Shown: piece by piece, positions 9,694 through 20,286 of the stretch
Position numbering within the stretch: position 1 is the stretch's first letter
How the letters are laid out: the number at the start of each line of letters is the position of its first letter
NCBI GenBank assembly: GCA_963695945.1
Contig: CAVOIX010000072.1
Location: forward strand, 12,374-76,373
Length of the DNA stretch: 64,000 nucleotides
Origin: an uncultured Acidobacteriota bacterium
GTDB lineage: Bacteria; Acidobacteriota; Terriglobia; Acidiferrales; UBA7541
Direction of reading: 5' to 3'
Translations under genes and position numbers: made by a program
Notes under the pieces: model-generated
What the model was told of the DNA's origin: nothing
The model's input: only the letters and a program-made list of their open reading frames with translations
Databases searched by the model: none

Positions 9694-10104
9694 CTACTTA
9701 TCTTCGTCCAGATACTCGTCCGGAACATCGTCTTCCGGGACTTCGTGCGTTCTCACTTCGCCCTCATCGGCATCGGGCGCGGCTTCCACTCCCTCGACGA
9801 CTTCGGCCTCGAACGCGTTACCCTCTTCGAGCAGTTCGTCCACGCTCTCTGAATCCGCGCCGGCGCGGTTCGAAAGACCTTGCAGGTCGCCCGACTGGCC
9901 GGCCGCATCCGCTCCCAGGCCCGCGCGATTGAAGGTCACGGGTGAAACATTCTGGCGTTTTCCGGGCGTGCGCCGGGTCTTCTTCGGAGCTGCCTTCTTT
10001 TTCGGCGCCGCCTTTTTCGAAAGAGGTTTTTTCTTGGGCGCCGGTTTCTTCTTCAGGGCCTTCTTCGGCTTGGTGCTCTTTTTGGTTTTCTTTTTGGCGG
10101 CCAT
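9694..10104 (-). CDS. hypothetical bipartite protein: Lys-rich histone-H1-like N-terminus, acidic C-terminus
   Basis: 136-aa ORF. Residues 2-45 are AAKKKTKKSTKPKKALKKKPAPKKKPLSKKAAPKKKAAPKK. The C-terminal half is ...DSESVDELLEEGNAFEAEVVEGVEAAPDADEGEV...EDDVPDEYLDEDK. Confidence 0.6.
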   Translation of the reverse strand: MAAKKKTKKSTKPKKALKKKPAPKKKPLSKKAAPKKKAAPKKTRRTPGKRQNVSPVTFNRAGLGADAAGQSGDLQGLSNRAGADSESVDELLEEGNAFEAEVVEGVEAAPDADEGEVRTHEVPEDDVPDEYLDEDK

Positions 10105-10205
10105 ACCGGCAGTCTACCACTCGTCCGCCTTTTTTAGTGTGTCCGCAGTGTGGCCGTGCGGCGCCACGGCCATCTTTCGTCCGCCGCCTGATGCCTATGA
10201 CGTTA

Positions 10206-11384
10206 TCAGGCAAAAAACTTCAACAGGCGCCTCACCCCTTCCCGGAATTGCCCCTCGGGCGTAATCAGGCTGAGCACTAAAAAACCTTCCCGCGAAAAAT
10301 TAAAGAAATGGCCTGGATGGACCAGCACGGAAAAGCGTTCGAGCAACGCGACCGTCAGTTCATCATCCGTCGCCGTGACCGGAACTTTCAGAATCGCGTA
10401 CCATCCGCTTTCGCGATCGAGGCGCGTGAGCGATTTCGATTCGCGCACCGTGCTGTCCAGAAAAGAGAGATTCGCGGAAATTCTTTCCTGCAGCTGAGCC
10501 TGCAGCGAGTGCCGCAATGACAGAAGCTTCGGGAGAGCGAGCTGAACGGGCGTGCCGGGCGATAAATACGTATCGGCGATGATTTCGAGGCGATCGACGG
10601 CCGTCTTGACCAGCGGCTCTGGCCCGGTCACCACAGTCCAGGCAAGTTTCATCTGCGGAAGCAGGGAAATTTTTGAAATGCCGCTGAGCGTGAATGTGAG
10701 CACGGCATCGCCGGAGGCAAACGTGCGGGCCGCGGCGGCGTCGCTCGCGTAATCAAGAAAAACTTCATCGGCCACGATGGCCATCTCGTTCGTCGCGCAA
10801 AGCTGCGCAAGTTCCGCCGCTTCGCCCAGCTTGACGAGAGAGCCCGTAGGATTATTGGGATGCACGAGCAGCACTGCCCGTGAACGCGCCGTCAATGCGG
10901 CGCGCAGCGAAGCGAAATCGATTTGCCAGCCATGGTCGTAGAGCAGCGGGTAGGGCACCAGGCGAATGTCGGCCAGGTCGGCGAGAAACTCAAATAGCGG
11001 ATAGCTGGGCGCGGGGGCCAGAATTTCGTCGCCCGGTTCGCACAGCAAACGGAAGATGTGGCTGTAGGCTTCGCTGGTGCCGGAGGCCAGCAGGATCCGT
11101 TCGGGATCGATGGGCGCGAGCGGCCCAAAAAATCCGGAGCGCCCAGAGTAATATTCCGCAACCGCCTGCCGCGCTACAAGCAAGCCTTTGCTCTCGGGAC
11201 GGTAGGTCAGCGCCTGCGGGTCGGCCAGCGCTGAGAGAATTTCCCGTTCCGGATAAGCGATCCCGCACGTGGTGGGATTCGACGCCGTCAGATCGAGAAG
11301 TTCCCGTCCACTTAGCCGATGCGCCTCAAGCGCGCGCGTCAGAAGATTCGTTTCGAGTTGCCAATTGGTGCGCGACGCAAACAT
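10206..11384 (-). CDS. pyridoxal-phosphate-dependent aminotransferase (class I/II)
   Basis: 392 aa with ...LLVHPNNPTGSLV...ADEVFLDYA...FTLSGISKISLLPQMKLAW (PLP-lysine region). Confidence 0.8.
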   Translation of the reverse strand: MFASRTNWQLETNLLTRALEAHRLSGRELLDLTASNPTTCGIAYPEREILSALADPQALTYRPESKGLLVARQAVAEYYSGRSGFFGPLAPIDPERILLASGTSEAYSHIFRLLCEPGDEILAPAPSYPLFEFLADLADIRLVPYPLLYDHGWQIDFASLRAALTARSRAVLLVHPNNPTGSLVKLGEAAELAQLCATNEMAIVADEVFLDYASDAAAARTFASGDAVLTFTLSGISKISLLPQMKLAWTVVTGPEPLVKTAVDRLEIIADTYLSPGTPVQLALPKLLSLRHSLQAQLQERISANLSFLDSTVRESKSLTRLDRESGWYAILKVPVTATDDELTVALLERFSVLVHPGHFFNFSREGFLVLSLITPEGQFREGVRRLLKFFA

Positions 11385-11449
11385 GGGTTGCGAAAATTGA
11401 GCATTGAATTTATACCACGCTCACGGTTTCGCAACGAGGCAGGCAGATT

Positions 11450-11483
11450 GTGGCAGCACAGACTTCAGCCTGTGGGTTTTGCC
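11450..11483. repeat. family-A REP-like hairpin
   Basis: gtggcagcacagacttcagcctgtgggttttgcc. Confidence 0.7.
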
Positions 11484-11582
11484 GCGGAGAATTTACGCGA
11501 GTCAAAGACAGCTGGCATCCGATTTCGTTATTGCAAATGACGGCAACTGTGGCTGTTGCCTGTAGTTCGGCGACGGACGCGG

Positions 11583-12485
11583 CTACGCTGCCTTGGCCCC
11601 AGCCTGCGGCGGCGGTATAGCGCCTCCCGAGGCAGGCTGCGGCACCAGGAGTTCGACGTTCTGCCCGCGGCTGTTCGACAAAAGGAATTGCGCCTGTACA
11701 AAATGCAAGACAGCTGGATTGGGTTGACCGTTGTTCGCCGGGGCACTCTGGCTGCCGGTATTTGTACCCACGGTTGAGGATCCCGCGGTTTGGGCCGTGA
11801 AATTGATCGATATCCCCTGCACCTGAAAACCCCCGCCAGCAGCGTTCGTTGTGCCGATGACGGCTGCGGAGTTGGTGGAAAGGCCGGAGGTCGCTGCGCT
11901 TTGCTGTGACGCCTGCTGTTGTGCGAGCGCTTCAAACTGATTGACGAGATTTACGTACGCTCCGGGATTGAAGTCCTGAACCAGCGATGCGATGCAATCG
12001 ATCTGCTGGATCTGTTCATTGGTCAGGCCAAGAGCCGGGAGCGCTGCGTTTAACGCCTGGATTTTGCTCTGCACGTCCACGCTGGCAGCCGCGGAGTTCT
12101 GAGTGCCTGCGGCGTGCTGCGTCGGATTTGCTGTTGCGGATGGGTTTGCGGCGCTAGCCGTTTGCGGCCCGCCGGAATTCGAGCCGGCCCCGGCAACGGC
12201 GGGTGCAGGCGCGCCATTTTGATTGGCCCTTGAATTTGCCTGTCCGATCACGATGTTCGCGGTCACCGGCGGCAGGATTCCGGCAGGCACTTGAAATATG
12301 CCTGCCTCCTGAGCCGCGGTTTGCGCAGAACCATTCTGCGAAGACGGAGTGAATGTGTCTTCCGCTACCGGCGCAACCACCGGGGCTACAGGGGCGGGCG
12401 GAGCCGCCGCCGGAGTGTCTTGGGACTGACCAAACAACTGACTTGCCAGGTTTTGTACCAGATTTCCAATACCTTCTACCGCCAT
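11583..12485 (-). CDS. hypothetical low-complexity (Ala/Gln/Asn/Ser/Pro-rich) protein
   Basis: ORF 11583..12533 trimmed to the ATG at 12485, which is preceded by GGAGG. No signal peptide or recognisable domain. One short ordered-looking core: IQALNAALPALGLTNEQIQQIDCIASLVQDFNPGAYVNLVNQFEALAQ. Confidence 0.5.
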   Translation of the reverse strand: MAVEGIGNLVQNLASQLFGQSQDTPAAAPPAPVAPVVAPVAEDTFTPSSQNGSAQTAAQEAGIFQVPAGILPPVTANIVIGQANSRANQNGAPAPAVAGAGSNSGGPQTASAANPSATANPTQHAAGTQNSAAASVDVQSKIQALNAALPALGLTNEQIQQIDCIASLVQDFNPGAYVNLVNQFEALAQQQASQQSAATSGLSTNSAAVIGTTNAAGGGFQVQGISINFTAQTAGSSTVGTNTGSQSAPANNGQPNPAVLHFVQAQFLLSNSRGQNVELLVPQPASGGAIPPPQAGAKAA

Positions 12486-12710
12486 GATCCAACCTCCGCG
12501 GCGCGAAAGCCAGGCCGGGGCCAGGGCAGCCACTCGAATCGGGTGCTACGTAGAACATTATCGGCGGGTGGGATTGGGACTTTAATCGATAGCTGAGAAG
12601 AGCGAAGAAAATTCTGTTTCAGAATGAAACAACGCCCGGGCCAGTTGGACTGCAGTAATTCTTGCCATGCCAAGCACCTAATTCGAGCGCCGCCGGCGGG
12701 GCCTCAAAAT

Positions 12711-13883
12711 TTATTCGAATTGCAGTAAAACAATTTCGGGATTCGATCCCAGGCGCATCGGCGGACCCCAAGTGCCCACCCCGCATGACGTGTAGACGGC
12801 AAGATCGCCGAGGTAGTGAAGGCCGTAGGCGAATTTTCCGTACATGCGCGAAACCACTGACGTGAACGGAAAATATTGTCCGCGGTGTGTGTGACCGGAC
12901 AGTTGCAACGAAATGCCCGCCTCGGCAGCCACCGGTAAATGGTTGGGATTATGCACCAGCAGGATGCTCGCGGAATTCCGGTCCACGGCCAGTTGGCGCA
13001 GGATCGATCGGAAGTGATCCGCGTCCGTCGAATGCAGATAATCGACGCCCACCACCTGCAGACCATCGAGCGCGACTTTTTCGTTTACCAGCACGCGGAT
13101 TCCCGATTGCTGGACGGCTGCAAGATACTGCGTGGGACTGGTGAATTGTTCGTGATTGCCGGTGATGAAATAAGTGCCAAAGGGCGCGGAGAATTCAGCC
13201 CACGGTTTTGATAGCGGCGGAAGGTCCACGGCGGTTCCGTCAAACAGATCGCCGGCGATAAACAGAACATCGGGAGCGAGTTGCGAAAGCTTGCGGACGA
13301 TGCGCCGCAAGAAGCGAACATTTCGCACGTGCCCGAGATGCAGGTCGCTGACCAGAGCGGCGGTGCGTCCACGCCAGGCGGCGGGAAGATTGGGGAGCTT
13401 CACCGGAACGCGCACAACGCGAGTCCACGCGGCATTGACGATCGCGGCGACGCCGGCCAGCAGGCCCAGTGCGAAGCAGGCGGCCGCGACCGCCCTTTTT
13501 TCGACGTGCACGCCAAACAGAAGAGGCGCTCCATACACGATCCAGCTGGCGCACGCTGCCAGAAAGAAGAAACTCACAAGGCCCAGCCAGACCGAAGCGA
13601 TCGTATACATCGTGCGAACCAGCACGTTGAAATAACGATGCGCCAATAGCGACGCCGCGACGAAGCTGACCGACAGAACCGCCAGCGCCGTTCGCACTTC
13701 CATCAGATGCGACGAATTCTGGGGTCCCCAGAAATATCTCCAGGTGCCATAAATCGCCAGGTGCACCAGAAATAGGATGGCCTGGACGATCGAGACGAAA
13801 ATCGGAATGCCGGAGCGTACGCGGGAACGGGAGCGTTCGGATCTCGGTGAGGTTGCGGTCAGTTCGGGAGTTGTTGTGTCCAT
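12711..13883 (-). CDS. membrane-anchored metallophosphoesterase
   Basis: 390 aa with N-terminal TM helices, then VSDLHLGH, IAGDLFDG, ITGNHE and LSGHTHRGQ, the calcineurin-like phosphoesterase motifs. Confidence 0.85.
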   Translation of the reverse strand: MDTTTPELTATSPRSERSRSRVRSGIPIFVSIVQAILFLVHLAIYGTWRYFWGPQNSSHLMEVRTALAVLSVSFVAASLLAHRYFNVLVRTMYTIASVWLGLVSFFFLAACASWIVYGAPLLFGVHVEKRAVAAACFALGLLAGVAAIVNAAWTRVVRVPVKLPNLPAAWRGRTAALVSDLHLGHVRNVRFLRRIVRKLSQLAPDVLFIAGDLFDGTAVDLPPLSKPWAEFSAPFGTYFITGNHEQFTSPTQYLAAVQQSGIRVLVNEKVALDGLQVVGVDYLHSTDADHFRSILRQLAVDRNSASILLVHNPNHLPVAAEAGISLQLSGHTHRGQYFPFTSVVSRMYGKFAYGLHYLGDLAVYTSCGVGTWGPPMRLGSNPEIVLLQFE

Positions 13884-13943
13884 CGAATATTAGATGCAGG
13901 AGCGTGGGATCGGAGACATCAGAAAACGGCGGATTTTCTCAGC

Positions 13944-14013
13944 TGGCACAGACTTCCGTCTATGGGGTTCTCGCGAGAAGGACCCAAACTTTACAGGCTG
14001 AAAGCCTGCGGCT
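13944..14013. repeat. pair of family-A REP-like hairpins
   Basis: ggcacagacttccgtctatgggg, about 25 nt, then ttacaggctgaaagcctgcgg. Sits between the phosphoesterase start and the ABC ATPase stop. Confidence 0.65.
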
Positions 14014-14039
14014 CGAACGGCGTTCGCGCACCCAAGGCA

Positions 14040-14780
14040 TCAATGCAGGACCGCTTCGTCGGTTTCCACCTTGCCGTCGCGGACATGGATAATGCGATTG
14101 GCGCGCCGGGCGATGTCATTTTCGTGGGTGACCACGATGATGGTGTTGCCTTCGCCGTGCAGACGCGCGAACAGCGCCATGATTTCATCCCCCGTTTTCG
14201 TGTCCAGATTTCCGGTGGGCTCGTCGGCGAGCACGATCGAAGGTGAATTCACCAGCGCTCGCGCCACCGCCACGCGCTGCCGCTGGCCGCCGGATAGCTC
14301 GTTGGGCTTGTGCAGCATTCGCTCGCCCAGATCGACCGCCTCGAGAGCGCGTTTCGCTCGCGCCAGCCGTTCTTCCGACGGAGTGCCGTTATAAATCATG
14401 GGCAGCTCGACGTTATGCAAAGCGGTGGCGCGCGGCAGCAGATTAAATGTTTGAAAGACGAATCCGATTTCCTTGTTGCGTATGGCGGCGAGTTCGTCGT
14501 CATCGAGGTCGCTGACCAGGCGCCCGGCCAGCCAATATTTTCCGGAAGTGGGCGTGTCCAGACAGCCGATCAAATTCATGAGCGTGGATTTTCCCGATCC
14601 CGATGGACCCATGATGGCGACGTACTCGCCGCGATGAATTGTGAGACTAATGCCGCACAGGGCGTGCAATTTTTCGCCGCCCATCTCGTAGGTTTTCCAG
14701 AGATCTTCGGTGAGAATCGCAATCTTCTGGTTAACAAGGTCCTGGCGGAATGATTCGGTGGAGAGGGCGTGCTCAGGCAT
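14040..14780 (-). CDS. ABC transporter ATP-binding protein (MacB/LolD-type ATPase)
   Basis: 246 aa with Walker [13 protein letters not shown], signature [15 protein letters not shown] and Walker [13 protein letters not shown]. Confidence 0.9.
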   Translation of the reverse strand: MPEHALSTESFRQDLVNQKIAILTEDLWKTYEMGGEKLHALCGISLTIHRGEYVAIMGPSGSGKSTLMNLIGCLDTPTSGKYWLAGRLVSDLDDDELAAIRNKEIGFVFQTFNLLPRATALHNVELPMIYNGTPSEERLARAKRALEAVDLGERMLHKPNELSGGQRQRVAVARALVNSPSIVLADEPTGNLDTKTGDEIMALFARLHGEGNTIIVVTHENDIARRANRIIHVRDGKVETDEAVLH

Positions 14781-14825
14781 TCCTCAGTTCCTCATTCCTG
14801 CACCGACTCTCGCACGGGTGTGCAT

Positions 14826-16299
14826 TTAGTTTTCCTGGGCACCCTTCGGCGTGGAGTTGTCCACTTTCACGCGCGCGTCCGGCTTCAGCGTGCGCAATGT
14901 TTTGTAGCTTCCGGTGATGATCTGATCGCCTTCCTGCAGGCCGTTTACGACTTCGATGTCGGTGACGCCCGTGATTCCCGTGGTAATCGGAACGAACTGC
15001 GCGCGTTTGTCGCGAACCACAAAAACGCCCTGAATTTCCGGGTTCTTGTCCAGCGCGGAGGATGAGCCGTCTCCGCCAGAGTCAGACAGGGGCCGGCCCG
15101 CCGCCAGGGTGACGGAATTCTTGCCCGTTCTCTTTGGCCGCTTCGTCCAGGTCTTTTTTGGTGCGTTCGGCCAGCGCCTGAATCGGAACGGTCATCACAT
15201 TTTTCTTCTGCGCCGTGGTGATCTTGGCTGTGGAAGAAAGCCCGGGGCGCAGGCCATCCGGGGGATTTTGCAGCGTCACGACCACCTTGAAATCTTTCGC
15301 TTCCTGATTGCCGGTCGTGGATTGCGTGGAAGCCAGCCCTGAACTGCGCAGCACCGCTTGGGTCCCGACTTCAGTTACTTTCCCTTTAAAAAACTTTCCG
15401 GGAATCGCGTCGATCGTCACTTCGGCATCCTCGCCCAGCTTCACGCTGACGATGTCGGTTTCATCCACCATCACTTCCGAGGTCACCACGGACATGTCGG
15501 AAATCGTCATGAGGTAGCTTCCGGTGGCATTCTGGATTCCGGGCACCACGTTCTCGCCCACGCGCACGGCGATATAAGTTACAACGCCGCTGATCGGCGC
15601 GGTGTAGGTTGTTTTGTTCAGAACGTCTCGCAGGCGTCCCAACATGGCTTGATTCTGCGTCAGGCCGGAACGCGCCTGAGCCAGTTGCGCGCGGGCCTGC
15701 TCTGCGCGGGCTTGGGCCGAGGCGAGCGCAGCGGCGGCTCCATCGTAGGTAGCCTTTCGAGTGTCGTAATCCTGCTTGGGAATCAGGCCGTCCTTGAACA
15801 GCATCTGCCCGCGATCCCAATCGAGTTTGGCATGTTCCAGATCGGCGGCCCGGGACTTGATGTCCGCCTGCGTCGATACGTCATTGGCTTCGGCGGACTT
15901 CACTCCCGCATCGGCGGCCTGAATTCCTGCCCTCTGCGCATTGACGTCGGCGGCGGGCTGTACGCTTTCCAGGCGCAGCAGGACATCGCCCTTTTTGACG
16001 TGGTCGCCTTCCTTCACGTCAATCTCGGTAATCTTTCCGATGCCTTCGCCCAGCACGTTCGTATACGTGAGCGGCTTCACTTCGCCCGACGCCGTGACCA
16101 GGGAGGTAACGTCCTGGCGCACGGCTGGGGCGGTCTGAACGGTCACCACGTTCTTATTGATTTCGTAAATGGCTAGCCAGGTACCGCCAGCCAAAGTGGC
16201 GACAATAGCCGCACCAGTTCCGATTTTTTGCCACAATTTCATAGGGTTGCGGTTCTGGTCCTTTTGATCCGGGTCGCTCCCTCCGACGGTTACTTCCAT
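14826..16299 (-). CDS. efflux transporter periplasmic adaptor subunit (HlyD/MacA family; one frame break near 15120)
   Basis: ORF 15082..16299 holds the lipoyl/coiled-coil/beta-barrel regions: VKEGDHVKKGDVLLRLE and a long Ala/Gln coiled coil. The C-terminal beta domain continues in ORF 14826..15020 (VRDKRAQFVPITTGITGVTDIEVVNGLQEGDQIITG). The likely true start is MKLWQKIG at 16242. Confidence 0.8.
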
Positions 16300-16311
16300 T
16301 TAGTACGCATA

Positions 16312-16329
16312 GGAAACTGCAAAGTTTCC
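16312..16329. promoter_or_regulatory. 18-bp palindrome upstream of the adaptor/ABC operon (candidate operator)
   Basis: GGAAACT-GCAA-AGTTTCC. Lies 13 nt upstream of ORF start 16299 and 70 nt upstream of the alternative start 16242. Confidence 0.35.
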
Positions 16330-16810
16330 CGGGCGGCGCACACCACACGGGGCAAGCGAACGATCAGCCCTGCGAGTGAGCATGTTTCGAAGTGTTTGCG
16401 TCTGAGGCCGTATGGCTCATGGCCGGCGCAGGTACCCGGCGCGGGCCCTGCTGACGAGTTAATTTTACCGTCATTTTGACGCAGAGCAAAGGCATTTGCC
16501 TTTTCCCATATCGGGACCGCCAACTCGACGCATCCGCAAGCTCGTGCGCTGCCGGGTAATCGCCGCACAGCATGAATGCCTCGCTGAAACGAGAGCCGCC
16601 TCTTTCTCGGTCGCTGGGACGGCCAGGAGTCGAAGATTGCGGGCAACCTCGCAGCCCTGCCGTAGCTCTTAGTAGGCATCGGGCTGGCGGAGCGCACTCC
16701 GGGTGTGAGAAAACGCTCCGGTACCGGGACTTATCGCAGAGATTCCTTGATTGACGCTGGCAAAACACGGGGATAGAATCGAACTTCCGAATCAGGGGCG
16801 AGGTACGATT

Positions 16811-18569
16811 ATGAACCGCTTGGGACGCATTTCCTTCATTTTTCTAGTGGGCGGATCCTTGTTATTTCCGCTCTGCCTCCGTTCCCGTGCGCAGGACCAG
16901 GACAAGGATCCGAAGGATCAGCAGGACGCCTCCGCCACAAAATCGCAGGACACCGGCAAGAAAAAAGACGACAAGGGGGGTAAGAAGAATCTCAAGGAAG
17001 CTCGAAAAAGAGCTGGCCACCCCTTATAAGAAATGGCTGGAAGAGGAAGTCCCCTATATTATCACCGATGAAGAGCGGTCAGCCTTCCTGCAACTGCAAA
17101 CCAACGAAGAGCGCGAGCAATTTATCGAAGGATTCTGGCAGAGACGTGATCCCACCCCGGACACGGTAGAAAACGAATTCAAGGAAGAGCACTATCGCCG
17201 CATCGCCTACACCAATGAGCGGTTCTCCTCGGGCATTCCCGGCTGGAGAACGGATCGCGGCCGGATTTACATCATGTGGGGCCCGCCGGACTCCATTGAG
17301 TCTCATTCCGCTGGAAGCACCTACGATCGTCCGATGTCGGAGGGCGGCGGACAGACCACGGTCTACGGCTTTGACGATTGGAACTACCATTACATGGAAG
17401 GAATCGGCCAGAACATCACCATCGAGTTCGTGGACCCTACCGGAACCGGCGAGTATCACATCACGATGGACCCTGGCGAAAAGGATGCCATGGCCCACGT
17501 ACCCGGCGGCGGACCGAGCATGCTGGAATCGATGGGATTGTCCACTCAGGCCCAGCGCTTCACGCGCTCTGACGGGTCCACCGCGCCTTTGGGGATTGCG
17601 CAACTCAACGGAGGCGGAGGGCTCGACAGCCAGAACGAATTCACGCGCCTCGATCAGTTCGCCAGAGTGCAAGCGCCGCCCCCGGTGAAATTCAAGGACC
17701 TCGAAGAGGTGGTCAGCTCACGCATTCTGCGGAATCAGATTTCGTTTGATTACCGGTTCGATTTCATGCGCATTACCGGGGACACCATACTGGTTCCCGT
17801 GACCGTGCAGATCCAGAACAAGCAGATGACATTCCGCGATCGCGACGGTGTGCAGTCCGCATCGCTCAATCTATTCGGACGGATCAGCTCAATGACCGGC
17901 CGGGTGATCCAGACGTTTGAGGACGTCATCCAGCGCGATTTCCCGGATACGCTGCTGGAATCTTCGCTGAAGGGATTTTCGATTTACCAGAAGGCAATTC
18001 CACTTCGCCCAGGTTTGTACAAGCTGGACCTGGTGCTCAAGGACGTAAATAGCGGGAACGTGGGCGTGGTGAACACGCGGCTGGCGGTTTCTCCCATTCC
18101 GGATGACAAGCTGGAAGCCAGTTCGCTGATTCTGGCCGACCAGATGGAGCCGGTATCGTCCAAGGACGTGGGCATCGGGCAATTCGTGCTGGGCTCGACC
18201 AAGGTGCGCCCCAAGCTGGATGCCGAGTTCCATACCGATCAGGCGCTGGACGTCTACATGCAATTTTACAATTTGAAAGTGGATGACAAGACTCACAAAA
18301 ATAACGTGTCCTTGGATATCAAAGTGACTCAGGGAGACCAGACCATCAGTCACATGGTCCAAACGGGCGATCGGATCAAGCAGAGTGGAGAGCAGGTAAC
18401 ACTCCAACAGGTGATCGCTCCCAAAACGCTGCCTCCCGGAAAATACAAATTGGAAGTGCAAGCCACCGATCTGGTGGATAACCAGACGATTACGCGCACC
18501 GCGGAATTCACGGTAACCCCGCCCGCCGTGATTCAGAAAGTGGCACTGAACGGAGCCACAGGAAGGTAA
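16811..18569 (+). CDS. GWxTD domain-containing protein (one frame break at a G6 run near 16975)
   Basis: ORF 16751.. supplies the signal peptide MNRLGRISFIFLVGGSLLFPLCL. ORF 16887..18569 supplies ...ERFSSGIPGWRTDRGRIYIMWGPPDSIE (GWxTD motif). Confidence 0.8.
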
Positions 18570-18579
18570 ACCAGTCCGT

Positions 18580-20286
18580 ATGAAGTCGATTCGTCGAACC
18601 CTGGGCTGGGTATTGGTTGGGGTGCTGGTCTGCGCGGCTTCCGCGGCAGCCAAGCCGGGGTATGGCACGATTTCGGGCGTCGTCCTGGATCCTTCTGGGA
18701 CGCCGCAGATGGGCGCCAGCGTGTGGTTATTTCAGAAGACGCGGGACGGACGGTAGCGCAAGTTCTCTCCAACCAGCAAGGCGCGTTTTTCTCCGATCAT
18801 CTCAAGCCGGGCGAATATGCCGTGCGCGTTTCCGTTTGCGGGATTTTTGCCGACGATGGAGCATCACGTCGCCGTGCTGTCGGATCTGACGACTCTTCTT
18901 CGCGTGCAAGTGGAAACCGTATTTTCTTCGCTTGATACGCTGCGCCGTAAGCCGCAAGCCACTTCGGAACAAGATGACTGGAAGTGGGTGCTGCGTTCAT
19001 CGACCGCGACCCGCACCATCCTGCAGTGGGATGACAGCAACTCCCAAATCGCCACCAATTCGCTTGGCGCAGACCTTCCTGAGGCCCAGCGGCCTCGCGC
19101 CAGGGTCCAGGTAAGCAATGGCGCCCTACGACCCGGATCAGCTTCCAACCTTCCCTACGGCCCCGCAACGTCGGTGTCTTACGAGCAGCAGCTTGGTACG
19201 CTGGGACGCATGCTGGTTGCCGGGCAGATGAGCTATGACCGTGGGGCGTCTGGCTCCTTCGCCGGTGTGTGGTTGCCCTCCAGCGCCGGGGGCAATGGTC
19301 CTGAAACGATATTCGTCTGGCGCCAATCCAGAATTGGCGCTGAGGGCATGGAGTTTCAGGGACTGCGAATCGATCACACGGAACAAATCGCACTGGGCGA
19401 CCATGTGGCCTTGCGCGCTGGCGCGGAATACATCAGGGCCGGCATTATTTCGTCCGTTTCTTCGCTGCGCCCTCATGCCCAATTGAATGCCAATTTGTCG
19501 CCCCAATGGAAGGCGGCACTGGTGGTGGCAGCCAATCCTCCCTCGGAGCAGTGGGGACGGACCGGCGCGCTGGAATCCGCGATGGATGAGCTGGACAGCC
19601 TGCCGCCCGTGCTCTTCCATGATGGCCGCCCGGTCCTGGAGGGCGGTTGGCATCAGGAAGTTTCGGCCAAACGGAAAGTGGGCAACCAGTCCAGTTTGGA
19701 GGTCGCCGCGTTTCACGACTCGGCGCGGAACCAGGCTATCTTCGGGACCGGCGCCACGGCCAGCCCGGAGTTCGTGCAGGACGCATTCTCAAGTGCATTT
19801 CTGTATGACGGTGGCAATTCCAGCTTCTGGGGTACCCGCGCGGCCTACCGTGCCAAGCTTTCGGACGACCTGGAAATCGCTGCGATTTACGCGTGGGCGG
19901 GGGCACTTTCTCCCGCTGGGGAGTTCTTGAACGCCTCCTCCGACCTGCGGGATAGCTTCACCACCCATAACCACCACAGTCTGGCCGCTCGCGTTTCCGG
20001 AAAGATTCCGCGCTCTGGCACGCAATTCTCAGCCAGCTACAAGTGGGTATCTGGTACGACGCTTTCGCGAATAGACCAATTTGGCGAGGCTGCCTACGAG
20101 ATGGACCCCAACCTGCATCTTTCAATCCGCCAGCAACTTCCCGGCCTTAACGGGCGTTGGGAAGCGTTAGCCGATTTCAGTAATCTTTTGGCGCAGGGGT
20201 ACGTGAACGTCGGCAGTCCTGATTCGCGGATGATGCTGGCGCCGATTTTGCGGTCGTTCCGGGGTGGAGTAAGCTTCCAGTTTTAG
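18580..20286 (+). CDS. outer-membrane beta-barrel protein with N-terminal CarboxypepD_reg-like domain (at least 2 frame breaks, about 18715 and 18835)
   Basis: ATG 18580: MKSIRRTLGWVLVGVLVCAASAAAKPGYGTISGVVLDPSGTPQMGASVWL. It continues in ORF 18723.. (EDAGRTVAQVLSNQQGAFFSDHLKPGEYAVRVS) and ORF 18817..20286. The C-terminus ...SFRGGVSFQF ends in Phe, as in OM barrels. Confidence 0.65.

Noticed and set aside
16300-16810. RNase P RNA, tmRNA, SRP or 6S RNA in the long non-coding region
   Set aside because: I looked on both strands for GAGGAAAGTCCGGGC and ACAGAA-CCGGCTTA (RNase P), GGGGCTGATTC...TCCACCA (tmRNA) and SRP domain IV motifs. Only a poor partial match (aagtcccgg) was present. No call is made beyond 'possibly structured'.
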